Below the pieces are notes generated by a model, which was not told where the DNA came from, did no database searches, and was given only the letters and a program-made list of their open reading frames with translations. Of a stretch of DNA of 64,000 nucleotides, positions 9,209-17,375 are shown piece by piece (position 1 is the stretch's first letter; the number at the start of each line of letters is the position of its first letter). This DNA comes from an uncultured Rickettsiales bacterium (GTDB taxonomy: Bacteria > Myxococcota_A > UBA796 > UBA9615 > CAYRNR01). The stretch is from NCBI GenBank assembly GCA_964504165.1, contig CAZDDH010000017.1, positions 103-64,102 on the forward strand, in the 5' to 3' direction. Made by a program: the position numbers and the translations under genes.

Positions 9209-11392
9209 TCAGCACCCCTGATCCGGGAACACACCCGGGTCCAGATCGTCGCAGTCCAACCCCATCGACGTGGCGGGATCATAGGGCCCGGGCTTCCACC
9301 AGCCGTTGTAGCCGTCCCAGTCCAGATCCCAGTCGCCGGCGCCGGGGCCGCCGTGGGCCCCCAGGTCGGCGGGAGAGCCGTCGGGATCGGTCTGGCCGGC
9401 CTCGCCGGCGTCGATGAGCGGGGAGGATCCGGCCAGGTGTAGATCCCAGCTGCCGGCCTCCTCGGGGCTGGTGTCGAGGAACGCCGGATCTTCGCTGAGG
9501 TTTCCCTCCGTGCCCACGGGGTGGGTACAGCCTGCCATGTCCTCCGGGAGATTACCCCACACGTCGTTGTTCCGGTACATCGGGAACGAGGGGTCGTCCG
9601 ATGCGGCGATGCCGCCCCCCCGGTCCCCCCCGTCGTTGGCGGCGATGATCGCGTTTTGCAGCGACAGCGATGACGTGCCATCGAGGTACACCCCGCCGCC
9701 GCCTTCCACCGCGCTGTTGGCCGCCAGGCTCGAGTTGAACAGCTCGACGATCGCCGCCTCCTGCGCGCACACCGCGCCGCCGATGCTCTGTGCCGTGTTG
9801 CCCAGCGCGGCGGTATTTTGCAGCTTGACCTGGCCGCCGTGGACCCAGACCGCGCCCGCCTGGTCAGTGGCCTCGTTGTCGGTGAAAAGGCAGTTGTTGC
9901 ACAGCGATTGCTGGGAAAAGAGGAAGGCGATGCCGGCACCATTCTCGGCCGCGTTGCCCGCCACCCAGGCGTTGTGAAGCTCCGCGGTCTCCATCGAGAA
10001 TGCCATCCCCCCGCCGGAGGTCTCCGCCGTGTTGGACACCAGCACCAGCTGCTGGATCACCGTGGACGTCTCGAGGATGAACAGGCCGCCCCCCTGAGCG
10101 GCGTCGTTGCCGCTGGCCTCCACCCGCTCCATCGTGGTGTAGCCGTGCGTCTGGAACAGGCCGCCACCCCAGTTGGCGGCGTGATTGCCGGTGAACGTCA
10201 CGTCGAAGAGGGTCAGGCTGCTGTCCTCGGATGCCAGGCCGCCGCCGGACTGCCCGGCGTTGTTTCCGTCGAACAGGACGTGGTCGAGGATGGCGACGGT
10301 CGAGTTGCCGGTGTACAGGCCACCGCCGAAATCGGCGTCGTTGGCCTCGATGATCAGATGGGTCAGCTGGAGCAGCCCCCCGCCCGCGTAGATCCCTCCT
10401 CCCTGCTCGGCCTCGCCGCGCCTCAGCGTGAAGCCGGCGATGGTCACCTCCATGCCGTTGGAGTTGGCGAACGAGAAGATGCTGCCGGCGCTCCCGCCGT
10501 CCAGGATGGTCAGGTTCGGGCCGGCGATCCCCACGATCTGGACGTGACGCTCCCCATCGACGGCTGTGTTGGTGGCCCAGGTCCCCGGATCCACACAGAC
10601 CACTCCGTTGGGCGGGACCGCGTCCACGGCGTCCTGGACCGTCGCGTGATCACCGGGCACGGTGGCGCTGCACAGCACGCAGTCCTCGTCCGCCACGCCG
10701 TCGCAGTTGTTGTCCAGGTCGTCGCACAGCTCGATGGCCAGCGGGCTGATGAGGATGTTGCCGTCGTCGCAGTCCCCCTCGCAAGTGGTGACCCCGTCCC
10801 CGTCGTCATCCGAGTCTTCCACCGTGGAGGGGTCGCAGTCGTTGTCCAGCCCGTCGCAGATCTCCTCGGCGGTGGGGTAGATGCCGTCGTCGCCGTCGTT
10901 GCAGTCCCCCGGTTCGGCGTCGTTGCAGCACCCCAGCGTGCCGTCCATTTGCGCCCCGGGGCAGTACCCGTCGCCGTCGCCGTCGATGCTGTCCAGCTCC
11001 TCGTCCTGCTGGCCGTCGCAGTCGTTGTCGATGCAGTCGGCGATCTCATCGGCGCCTGGGTTCACGGTGGCATCGGCGTCGTTGCAGTCCAGCAGCTCCT
11101 CGTTCACCTCTGGGTTGGCGGGGTATCCATCGCAGTCCCGATCGATGCCGTCGCCCACCAAGCCGTCGCACTCGTCGCAGTCCTGGTCGATGCCGTCGCC
11201 GTAGACGTCCTCCGCCCCGGGGTAGATGGAGGCGTCCTGGGGATCGCAGTCGTCCTCGTCGTTGGTGCCGTCGTGGTCGAAGTCGTAGGCATAGGTGGTG
11301 TCGTCCCCCCCGCAGCCCCCCGCTCCCAGCCAGCACACCGCCGCCCCGAGCGCCAGCGCCGCGAGCCGGCGCTTCGTCCTCCGTTTGCTCAC
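9209..11392 (-). CDS. Lipoprotein with MopE-like putative metal-binding repeats and a parallel beta-helix repeat region
   Basis: Signal peptide with GGC lipobox. Multiple 'CNDxDxxxNPGAxExxDxIDNDCDG' repeats (PF11617-like). Then repeated 'GGGxx...N.A' units typical of right-handed beta-helix / Pmp-like repeats. Confidence 0.7.
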   Translation of the reverse strand: MSKRRTKRRLAALALGAAVCWLGAGGCGGDDTTYAYDFDHDGTNDEDDCDPQDASIYPGAEDVYGDGIDQDCDECDGLVGDGIDRDCDGYPANPEVNEELLDCNDADATVNPGADEIADCIDNDCDGQQDEELDSIDGDGDGYCPGAQMDGTLGCCNDAEPGDCNDGDDGIYPTAEEICDGLDNDCDPSTVEDSDDDGDGVTTCEGDCDDGNILISPLAIELCDDLDNNCDGVADEDCVLCSATVPGDHATVQDAVDAVPPNGVVCVDPGTWATNTAVDGERHVQIVGIAGPNLTILDGGSAGSIFSFANSNGMEVTIAGFTLRRGEAEQGGGIYAGGGLLQLTHLIIEANDADFGGGLYTGNSTVAILDHVLFDGNNAGQSGGGLASEDSSLTLFDVTFTGNHAANWGGGLFQTHGYTTMERVEASGNDAAQGGGLFILETSTVIQQLVLVSNTAETSGGGMAFSMETAELHNAWVAGNAAENGAGIAFLFSQQSLCNNCLFTDNEATDQAGAVWVHGGQVKLQNTAALGNTAQSIGGAVCAQEAAIVELFNSSLAANSAVEGGGGVYLDGTSSLSLQNAIIAANDGGDRGGGIAASDDPSFPMYRNNDVWGNLPEDMAGCTHPVGTEGNLSEDPAFLDTSPEEAGSWDLHLAGSSPLIDAGEAGQTDPDGSPADLGAHGGPGAGDWDLDWDGYNGWWKPGPYDPATSMGLDCDDLDPGVFPDQGC

Positions 11393-11482
11393 TATCAGCC
11401 TCCACCATCCGCTGAATTTTAGGCCCCTCTTAGCGGCCCATTGGTTAGCTTCCAGACGGGAGCACCCAGAAAGGATACCAAG

Positions 11483-12256
11483 ATGGGGACGTGGCTGCGG
11501 GCCGGAATCAGCACCTATCTGGCCGGCCTGCTGGTCGTCGCATCCGGATGCAACGTCGGCTTTGAACGGGCCTCTACGCCGCGCCCGGACGAGCAGGGGG
11601 ACGACGACACGGCGGGGGACGATGACGCGGTGGATGACGACGACGTGGCGGATGACGACACCTACGGCGACGACGACGACACCTCCGGCGACGACGACAC
11701 CACGGGCGACGACGACACCACGGGCGACGACGACACCTCCGGCGACGATGACACCTCCGCCGCGGCGCCCTTGCTACCCCAGAATGCGGGCTTCGAAACC
11801 TACGGCGACAGCGTCTGGCCCTGGCTGGGCATCGGCGACCCCGGAGGCATCTACGAACCGCCCACCTATGGCATCACTTCGGCGGCCGAGGGGTCCCGCA
11901 TCTTCGGCGCGGTGGTCGACGGGAGCCGCCTCAACGGCGCCTTACACCAGGTGATCCCCGGGGCCATCGCCGGCAACCCCTACCTGGCTTCGGTGCAGGT
12001 CTACCACCACACCACCGAGGACGGCGTAGTGGCCAGCTTGCTGGGAGTGGACCCCTTCGGCGGCACGGATCCGAACGATCCGGCCGTCATCTGGAGCGTG
12101 CCGGGCAACGCCCAGAACATCTGGTCGCCGCTTTATGTGTCCTTTGTCGCGGCGGCCGGATCGGTGACCGTGTTCGTGGAGTTTCAGCAGGGTGGCGTGT
12201 CGGACAACGGCTTCACCATCAACTACTTCGACGACGTGCGGGTGGACCCTAACTGA
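11483..12256 (+). CDS. Lipoprotein with a long poly-Asp (DDDT[ST]GDD) tandem-repeat linker
   Basis: ATG at 11483 followed by a signal peptide and ASGC lipobox. The linker is encoded by a tandem 24-nt DNA repeat, then a globular C-terminal domain. Confidence 0.6.
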   Translation: MGTWLRAGISTYLAGLLVVASGCNVGFERASTPRPDEQGDDDTAGDDDAVDDDDVADDDTYGDDDDTSGDDDTTGDDDTTGDDDTSGDDDTSAAAPLLPQNAGFETYGDSVWPWLGIGDPGGIYEPPTYGITSAAEGSRIFGAVVDGSRLNGALHQVIPGAIAGNPYLASVQVYHHTTEDGVVASLLGVDPFGGTDPNDPAVIWSVPGNAQNIWSPLYVSFVAAAGSVTVFVEFQQGGVSDNGFTINYFDDVRVDPN

Positions 12257-12273
12257 ACCGAACGGGGGTGGGG

Positions 12274-13260
12274 TCACGGCGAGGTCGTGAAGGACCAGGC
12301 GCTCGCCCAGGGTTGGCCGTGGACGCTGGCCGTGAGCCGCACATCGTAGGTCTGGCCAGCTTGCAGCGGTGACATGGGGATCAGGAACACGGAATCGTGC
12401 AAGTGGGGGTCGGTGTCGGGCTCGCGGTACAGCAGGGGGACCTGGTCGCCATCCCGGCTTTGCACCGAGCAGCCGTCGGGGTCCAACCGCACGTCGAAGT
12501 GGTTGCCGTTGTCGTGCCAGAGCTCGCCATGGAAGGTCACCGAGATGGGGTAGCCGACCAGGTTCCGGTCCGCCACCGGGTCGGGCTGCTCGCTGTCCGT
12601 GGCAAAGCTCACCGGCACGCCGGTCTGGCCGTCCGCCGGGTAGGCCGCCGCGGTCACATCCCCGGCCCCCCCTGCGGCCAGCGAGTCCCAGGGGCCTGCG
12701 GTGACCAGATCCACATAGGGCCCGCTGGCACCGATGCCGACGATATCGACGGCCGGGCGCAGCAACGGCGAGCGGTGATAGACCGTGTCGATCCAGGCGT
12801 CGATGGCGTCCCGCGGGGCGGCCGTCCTGTCCTCGCCCGCGTAGGTGATGATGTCGTCCAGATAGTGGCTGGCCAGGTCCAGCTCGAAGCCGGTGGCGTC
12901 CAGCCGGTCGAGGACGTCGTAGCCGCTGTAGTTGGCCGCCGCCACGTCCTCCTCCAGGAACCCGAACTCCTGGGTCTCGTCCATGTAGGCCGCGTGCCGC
13001 GAGGCCGCCACGCTCACGTCGGTACCCAGCGGGGCGGGTGGCAGGCCGGCCAGGTTGCGGTAGCAGTTGAGCCAGTAGCCGCCCTGCTCCTGGATGGCCC
13101 ACGAGCCGATTTCATCGGCCGGAGCCTCGAACAGGCATGCCCCCTCGACGGTGTGGGAGTCCCCGCTGTGGTCCACGTAATCGAAGCAGCCGCTGCCCAT
13201 CCCCAGCAGGATTGCGACGATCAGCCACACAGGGTCCGCAAAAAAGCGCATGCAACACAA
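12274..13260 (-). CDS. CAP/SCP-domain lipoprotein
   Basis: Signal peptide with GSGC lipobox. The CAP-domain pattern (AASRHAAYMDETQEFGF ... TVYHRSPLLRP) is present. Confidence 0.65.
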   Translation of the reverse strand: MCCMRFFADPVWLIVAILLGMGSGCFDYVDHSGDSHTVEGACLFEAPADEIGSWAIQEQGGYWLNCYRNLAGLPPAPLGTDVSVAASRHAAYMDETQEFGFLEEDVAAANYSGYDVLDRLDATGFELDLASHYLDDIITYAGEDRTAAPRDAIDAWIDTVYHRSPLLRPAVDIVGIGASGPYVDLVTAGPWDSLAAGGAGDVTAAAYPADGQTGVPVSFATDSEQPDPVADRNLVGYPISVTFHGELWHDNGNHFDVRLDPDGCSVQSRDGDQVPLLYREPDTDPHLHDSVFLIPMSPLQAGQTYDVRLTASVHGQPWASAWSFTTSP

Positions 13261-13277
13261 AACCGCAGTGGCGTGGC

Positions 13278-13316
13278 GAGGGGAATTACCATGCTGTTAC
13301 CTGCCGTTACCTGCCG
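13278..13316. repeat. Tandem 10-nt repeat GC(C/T)GTTACCT, 3 copies plus a partial one
   Basis: gctgttacct gccgttacct gccgttacct gcccgg, read directly. It is intergenic, in the promoter region of the CAP lipoprotein gene. Confidence 0.9.
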
Positions 13317-13367
13317 TTACCTGCCGTTACCTGCCCGGCGGAGTAGGGGAGGCCGTGGGGGGGCGGA

Positions 13368-13832
13368 TCAGAGGTAGTACAGCAGCTTGATGCTCTCGTT
13401 GTGGGGGCCGGTGTCCATCTCGATGGCGATCTTCTTGAAGCTGGGTTTGCCGAACCGCCCCGAGGCCCCGTTGGAGAATCCGTACCCCTCGACGGGGATG
13501 CCCAGGCGCCCCGTGTCCAGCGCGTCGTTGCCGTTCTCGTCGTGGAAGATGGTCACGGCGTAGCTCCCGGCGGGAAGACCGTCGATGCGCGTGGTCACCG
13601 TGCCCGCCACCGCGGTCAGCGACGTGGATGCCACCGGATCCCGCATCAGCTCGTAGTCCTCTGCGCTGTCGAATACAGCGACCTTGATGGTGCCCGTCGC
13701 GTTGCGCACGCCGGTGATCTCCAGCTCCAGCTGGGCCTCGTCCGCGCTTGCAGGGCCGGCGCCCGGCACGGCCAGCAACAGCCCGGCCAACAGTGTCCTC
13801 GCTGCTCGGTATCGGGATGGACGAACCGCCAT
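13368..13832 (-). CDS. DUF2141-family secreted protein
   Basis: Signal peptide, then 'KVAVFDSAEDY...GSYAVTIFHDENGNDALDTGRLGIPVEGYGFSN', characteristic of DUF2141. Confidence 0.7.
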   Translation of the reverse strand: MAVRPSRYRAARTLLAGLLLAVPGAGPASADEAQLELEITGVRNATGTIKVAVFDSAEDYELMRDPVASTSLTAVAGTVTTRIDGLPAGSYAVTIFHDENGNDALDTGRLGIPVEGYGFSNGASGRFGKPSFKKIAIEMDTGPHNESIKLLYYL

Positions 13833-13862
13833 TGACAATCTCCCTGTTGATAGATAACGTAT

Positions 13863-13886
13863 GTTTCGTAACACCTGTAACGAAAC
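13863..13886. promoter_or_regulatory. Imperfect palindrome GTTTCGTAACA-cc-TGTAACGAAAC, a candidate TetR operator
   Basis: 11-nt inverted arms with one mismatch, 10 nt upstream of the TetR start. It sits between the divergent DUF2141 gene and the TetR gene. Confidence 0.5.
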
Positions 13887-13895
13887 GAGTCAAGT

Positions 13896-14474
13896 ATGCC
13901 ACCCAAGGTAACCGTCACCCGCGAGCAGGTTCTGGACGCCGCCTTCGCCATCGTGCGCGAACAGGGCCGCGACAAGCTCTCGGCCCGCGCGGTGGCCCAG
14001 GCCCTGGGTTGTTCTACCCAGCCCATCTACCGAGCCTACGGGTCCATGACGAAGCTGCACGACGATGTATTCGGCCGGGCCAGCGCGGTGGCGCTGCAGT
14101 TCCTCACCGGCGACGGCAGCGATCCTCCCTTCCTGGCGATGGGGTACGGCAACCTGCGTTTTGCCCAGCAGGAGCCCCACCTGTTCCAGGTCATCACCAG
14201 CGCCGACGAGGTGGTGCGGGGGCTGGTCGCCGGTGACTCACCGCCGGATTTCGTCCTGCATCAGATGCGCTTGATACCGGAGCTGGACGCCATGAGCGAC
14301 GACCAGCTGCGCCGCATCCACACCCTGCTGTGGTTCTTCAGCCAGGGCATCGCCTCGGTTTTCACCGCCGACACCGGTGAGGACGCCATGCCCATGGCCC
14401 GCGAGTACCTGGCCCTGGCTGGCCAGGCGGTCATCGCCCACGAGCAGGGGAAGATCGGGGAGGTCACGCCATGA
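13896..14474 (+). CDS. TetR/AcrR family transcriptional regulator
   Basis: N-terminal TetR HTH (LSARAVAQALGCSTQPIYRAY). Confidence 0.85.
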   Translation: MPPKVTVTREQVLDAAFAIVREQGRDKLSARAVAQALGCSTQPIYRAYGSMTKLHDDVFGRASAVALQFLTGDGSDPPFLAMGYGNLRFAQQEPHLFQVITSADEVVRGLVAGDSPPDFVLHQMRLIPELDAMSDDQLRRIHTLLWFFSQGIASVFTADTGEDAMPMAREYLALAGQAVIAHEQGKIGEVTP

Positions 14475-15847
14475 AGTTCGTCGTCCTGTTGGGCAGCCCC
14501 ACAGGCAAGGACAGCCTGACCCGCCTGTACGTGCGCTACATCCAGCAGCAGTTCCCCGACCACGCCTTCGAGGCCATCGATATAGGCCGCGGGATCCGCC
14601 GCATGGAGCGGGATCGGGACCGCTTCGACGGCCTGGTGTCGCAGATGGCGGAGGCCGATGGCGTGATCTGGACCTTCCCGGTGTACACCATGCTGGCCCC
14701 CGTGGCGGTGGTGCGGTTCATCGAGCTGTTGTTCGAGCGTTCCGGGGACGGCAGCCCACTCGCGGGTCAGGTGAGCACAGTGCTGACCACATCGGAGCAC
14801 TTCTTCGACCACACCGCGCATCTGTACATGGAGGAGATCAGCGAGGATCTGGGCATGCAGGTGCTCAAGGGGTACTCGGCGGCGATGGAGGACCTGCAGG
14901 AGGAGCAGGGGCAGCGGAACCTCAAGGGATTCGTGCGCCAGTTCCTGCGGGCCTCCCGGGAGCGAACGGCCCTGGAGATCCATCACGACCGCGTGCGCTG
15001 GACCCCCCCGGCCTATGAGCCCCAGCTTGGCGCGGAGGTGCCCACCGACGGCGGCCGGCGCATCACGCTGATCACCGATCACCGTGAGGGTGACGACAAC
15101 CTGGGCCACATGATCGGGGCCTTCGTCCACCACAGCCGGCACCCGGTGGACGTGCTCAACCTCCACGAGATCGACATGAAGGGGGGCTGTCTGGGCTGCC
15201 TCAAGTGCGTCTATGACGGCACCTGCATCTACAAGGACGGCTTTGCCGCCCACTTCGATGACCGCATCCGCGCCGCGGACGTGCTGGTCTTTGCTTCCAC
15301 CATCCGCCACCGATACCTCTCCTCCACCTTCAAGGCGTACTTCGACCGCAACTTCCGCAACGGCCACCGCCCGGTCCTTCACGGCAAGCCGGTGGGCTGG
15401 CTGGTCAGCGGACCCCTGCGCCAGCTGGCCAACTTGCGTCAGATCCTGGAGGCCGTGGCGGAGGTCCAGAGCAGCCCGCGGCTGGGCATCATCACCGACG
15501 AGTACCTGGACGAGGCGGCCATCACCGGCCGCATCACCGCCATGGCCCGGGAAGTGGACCACTGGGACGAGGAGGCCTGGACCCGGCCGGCGACCTTCCT
15601 GGGGGTGGGTGGGCGCAAGATCTTCCGGGACCTGATGTGGACCGTGCGGGGCATCGTGCGCGCGGACCACGCCTACTACCGGCGCGAAGGGCTGTACGAC
15701 TTCCCCCAGTGGGACTGGCGGCGCACCCTGCTCAACTGGATGATGGCGGCGATGATGGCCCTGCCGTGGAGCCGTCGCTGGATGCTGCGCAAGATGGGGG
15801 AGCTCAAGCTGGCGGCGTTCAACAAGGTGGTGGTGCCGGAAGGGTAG
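14471..15847 (+). CDS. NADPH-dependent FMN reductase / iron-sulfur flavoprotein-like oxidoreductase (two flavodoxin-like halves)
   Basis: Flavodoxin-like folds (KFVVLLGSP..., VLVFAST...). Compact Cys cluster 'GGCLGCLKCVYDGTC' typical of Isf-type proteins. The start overlaps the TetR stop (ATGA), suggesting a TetR-regulated operon. Confidence 0.6.
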   Translation: MKFVVLLGSPTGKDSLTRLYVRYIQQQFPDHAFEAIDIGRGIRRMERDRDRFDGLVSQMAEADGVIWTFPVYTMLAPVAVVRFIELLFERSGDGSPLAGQVSTVLTTSEHFFDHTAHLYMEEISEDLGMQVLKGYSAAMEDLQEEQGQRNLKGFVRQFLRASRERTALEIHHDRVRWTPPAYEPQLGAEVPTDGGRRITLITDHREGDDNLGHMIGAFVHHSRHPVDVLNLHEIDMKGGCLGCLKCVYDGTCIYKDGFAAHFDDRIRAADVLVFASTIRHRYLSSTFKAYFDRNFRNGHRPVLHGKPVGWLVSGPLRQLANLRQILEAVAEVQSSPRLGIITDEYLDEAAITGRITAMAREVDHWDEEAWTRPATFLGVGGRKIFRDLMWTVRGIVRADHAYYRREGLYDFPQWDWRRTLLNWMMAAMMALPWSRRWMLRKMGELKLAAFNKVVVPEG

Positions 15848-15855
15848 GGGAGGGC

Positions 15856-16725
15856 CTACTCGAAGGTGGCAGGTACCCCGTACTCGATGTCCAGCAGTTC
15901 CAGATCCTCGATGTAGGTGAAATCCCCGTCGTCCAGGTGCCACACGGCGTGGCCGGCGGCGGGTAGCTGGAGCCCGTCGAATTCGCCATAGCGGGTGATG
16001 GGGGTCGACCAGTCCTTCAGGACGAAGGCCCCGTTGTTTTCCCAGTAGCGGGGGGCGTGGAAGTTGGTCAGCCGGCCGGCGTCGTCGAAGGACATCACCG
16101 CCGTTGCCTCCAGCTCTCCAACCGTCAGCAAGACCCGCGCAGACCCGTCGTCCACCGGCTCCCAGCGCACCCCGGGCCCCAGGAAGGCGCTGGGGAACCA
16201 CATCATCTCGTTGAGGTAGCGCACCATGGCGCCCTGATTGATTTCCGGCCCGGCCTCGTACTCGATCTTGAACAGCGATAGGGGGCGTACGGTGACTCCA
16301 CCCACGCCGGCGAGGAAGTAGTCCCGCACATGGATCGGTGCGCCCTTCATCCGCGCCGTCGCCTGCCAGACGAAGCCCGGTGCGTCCACCGCGTAGTACT
16401 CCACGGCGGTGGTGGGCATCCACGGCCGGTCGGCGGCCATGCGGAACCGTGCCCGCTGGTGGATGCGGGCGTAGCGTACCGGCGGGCGGCCGACGATCCC
16501 GCTGTGGCGTAGGTACCTCTGGGCGGGTTCGGGCAGGCCGGCCAGATCCCCTTCGGTGATGGCCGCTTCGGACCACGGCTGCTGAGCGCCGGCGGCGAAC
16601 AGGCGCCTGATCTCCTTGTCCACGGTGCGGTTGAAGGTGGCCTCCGAGGAGCGCATCAGGGCCATCAAGAGCAGAGCCAGTCCGGCCGTGATTCCGATGC
16701 ATATCCCAAGAGTTTTCATGAACAT
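15856..16725 (-). CDS. Hypothetical membrane-anchored protein, conserved and uncharacterised
   Basis: N-terminal TM helix and normal composition. No confident domain. Confidence 0.5.
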   Translation of the reverse strand: MFMKTLGICIGITAGLALLLMALMRSSEATFNRTVDKEIRRLFAAGAQQPWSEAAITEGDLAGLPEPAQRYLRHSGIVGRPPVRYARIHQRARFRMAADRPWMPTTAVEYYAVDAPGFVWQATARMKGAPIHVRDYFLAGVGGVTVRPLSLFKIEYEAGPEINQGAMVRYLNEMMWFPSAFLGPGVRWEPVDDGSARVLLTVGELEATAVMSFDDAGRLTNFHAPRYWENNGAFVLKDWSTPITRYGEFDGLQLPAAGHAVWHLDDGDFTYIEDLELLDIEYGVPATFE

Positions 16726-16732
16726 ATCTCCG

Positions 16733-17203
16733 TTAATTCGCGTTCTTGTCGAGGTCTTCAGCCCGCCGGGCGAGCTTCCCCATGAACCGGGCCAAGGCCC
16801 CTAGCTCGTCGTCCTCCAACCCCTCGAATAGGGACCCGATGAAGGCCAGGTCCCGGTCTCCCCGCTCCTCCCAAAGGAGGGTATTGGCCTCGGTGACCTC
16901 CACCCGCCATACCCGCCGGTCCGCCGCATCGTGGGTCATGCGCAGCAGGCCCCGTTGCTCCAGGCGGGTGGCGATGCCCTTGACGTTCTGGTGGGAGGTG
17001 TTGAGGGCGTGGGCCAGCTCCTTGATGGACGGGGGCTCGGGGAACAGCTTGACGACCGCCGCCAGCAGCAACCATTGCTTCATGGTGATCTGGGCGTCGG
17101 CCAGGGCCCGGTCGGCCAGGCGTGTCCAGCGGCGCTCCAGCAGGAACAGGGACCCGAAAGCCCGGCTGGCCAGCTCGTCGCGGTGGGAGGGGGTACGGCT
17201 CAT
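16733..17203 (-). CDS. MarR family transcriptional regulator
   Basis: Winged-helix MarR pattern (LLAAVVKLFPEPPSIKELAHALNTSHQNVKGIATRLEQRGLL...DRRVWRVEVT). Confidence 0.85.
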   Translation of the reverse strand: MSRTPSHRDELASRAFGSLFLLERRWTRLADRALADAQITMKQWLLLAAVVKLFPEPPSIKELAHALNTSHQNVKGIATRLEQRGLLRMTHDAADRRVWRVEVTEANTLLWEERGDRDLAFIGSLFEGLEDDELGALARFMGKLARRAEDLDKNAN

Positions 17204-17215
17204 CTCGACTCCGAT

Positions 17216-17258
17216 GGGTAACCTGTTACCTATAAAAGGGTAATAGGTTACCTAATGG
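17216..17258. promoter_or_regulatory. Imperfect palindrome GGGTAACCTGTTACCT-ataaaa-GGGTAATAGGTTACCT, a candidate MarR operator / divergent promoter
   Basis: 16-nt inverted arms, 13/16 complementary, flanking a TATAAAA core. It lies 13 nt upstream of the MarR start and between MarR and the divergent lipoprotein gene. Confidence 0.55.
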
Positions 17259-17375
17259 AGATTGTCAAGGGTCATCGGGGCCGTGACGAAATCGTCCACG
17301 CCCTTCATTCGCGGCTCGCTGGTTTCCCGTGCTAGTAGTACGGCAGCTCGGAAACGGGCTTGACCGGGAGGGAGC

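Noticed and set aside
14261-16702. 813-aa ORF on the minus strand spanning the TetR/flavoprotein genes
   Set aside because: It is antisense to well-supported plus-strand genes. Its Arg/Gly/Pro/His-rich composition is typical of spurious reverse-frame ORFs in high-GC DNA.
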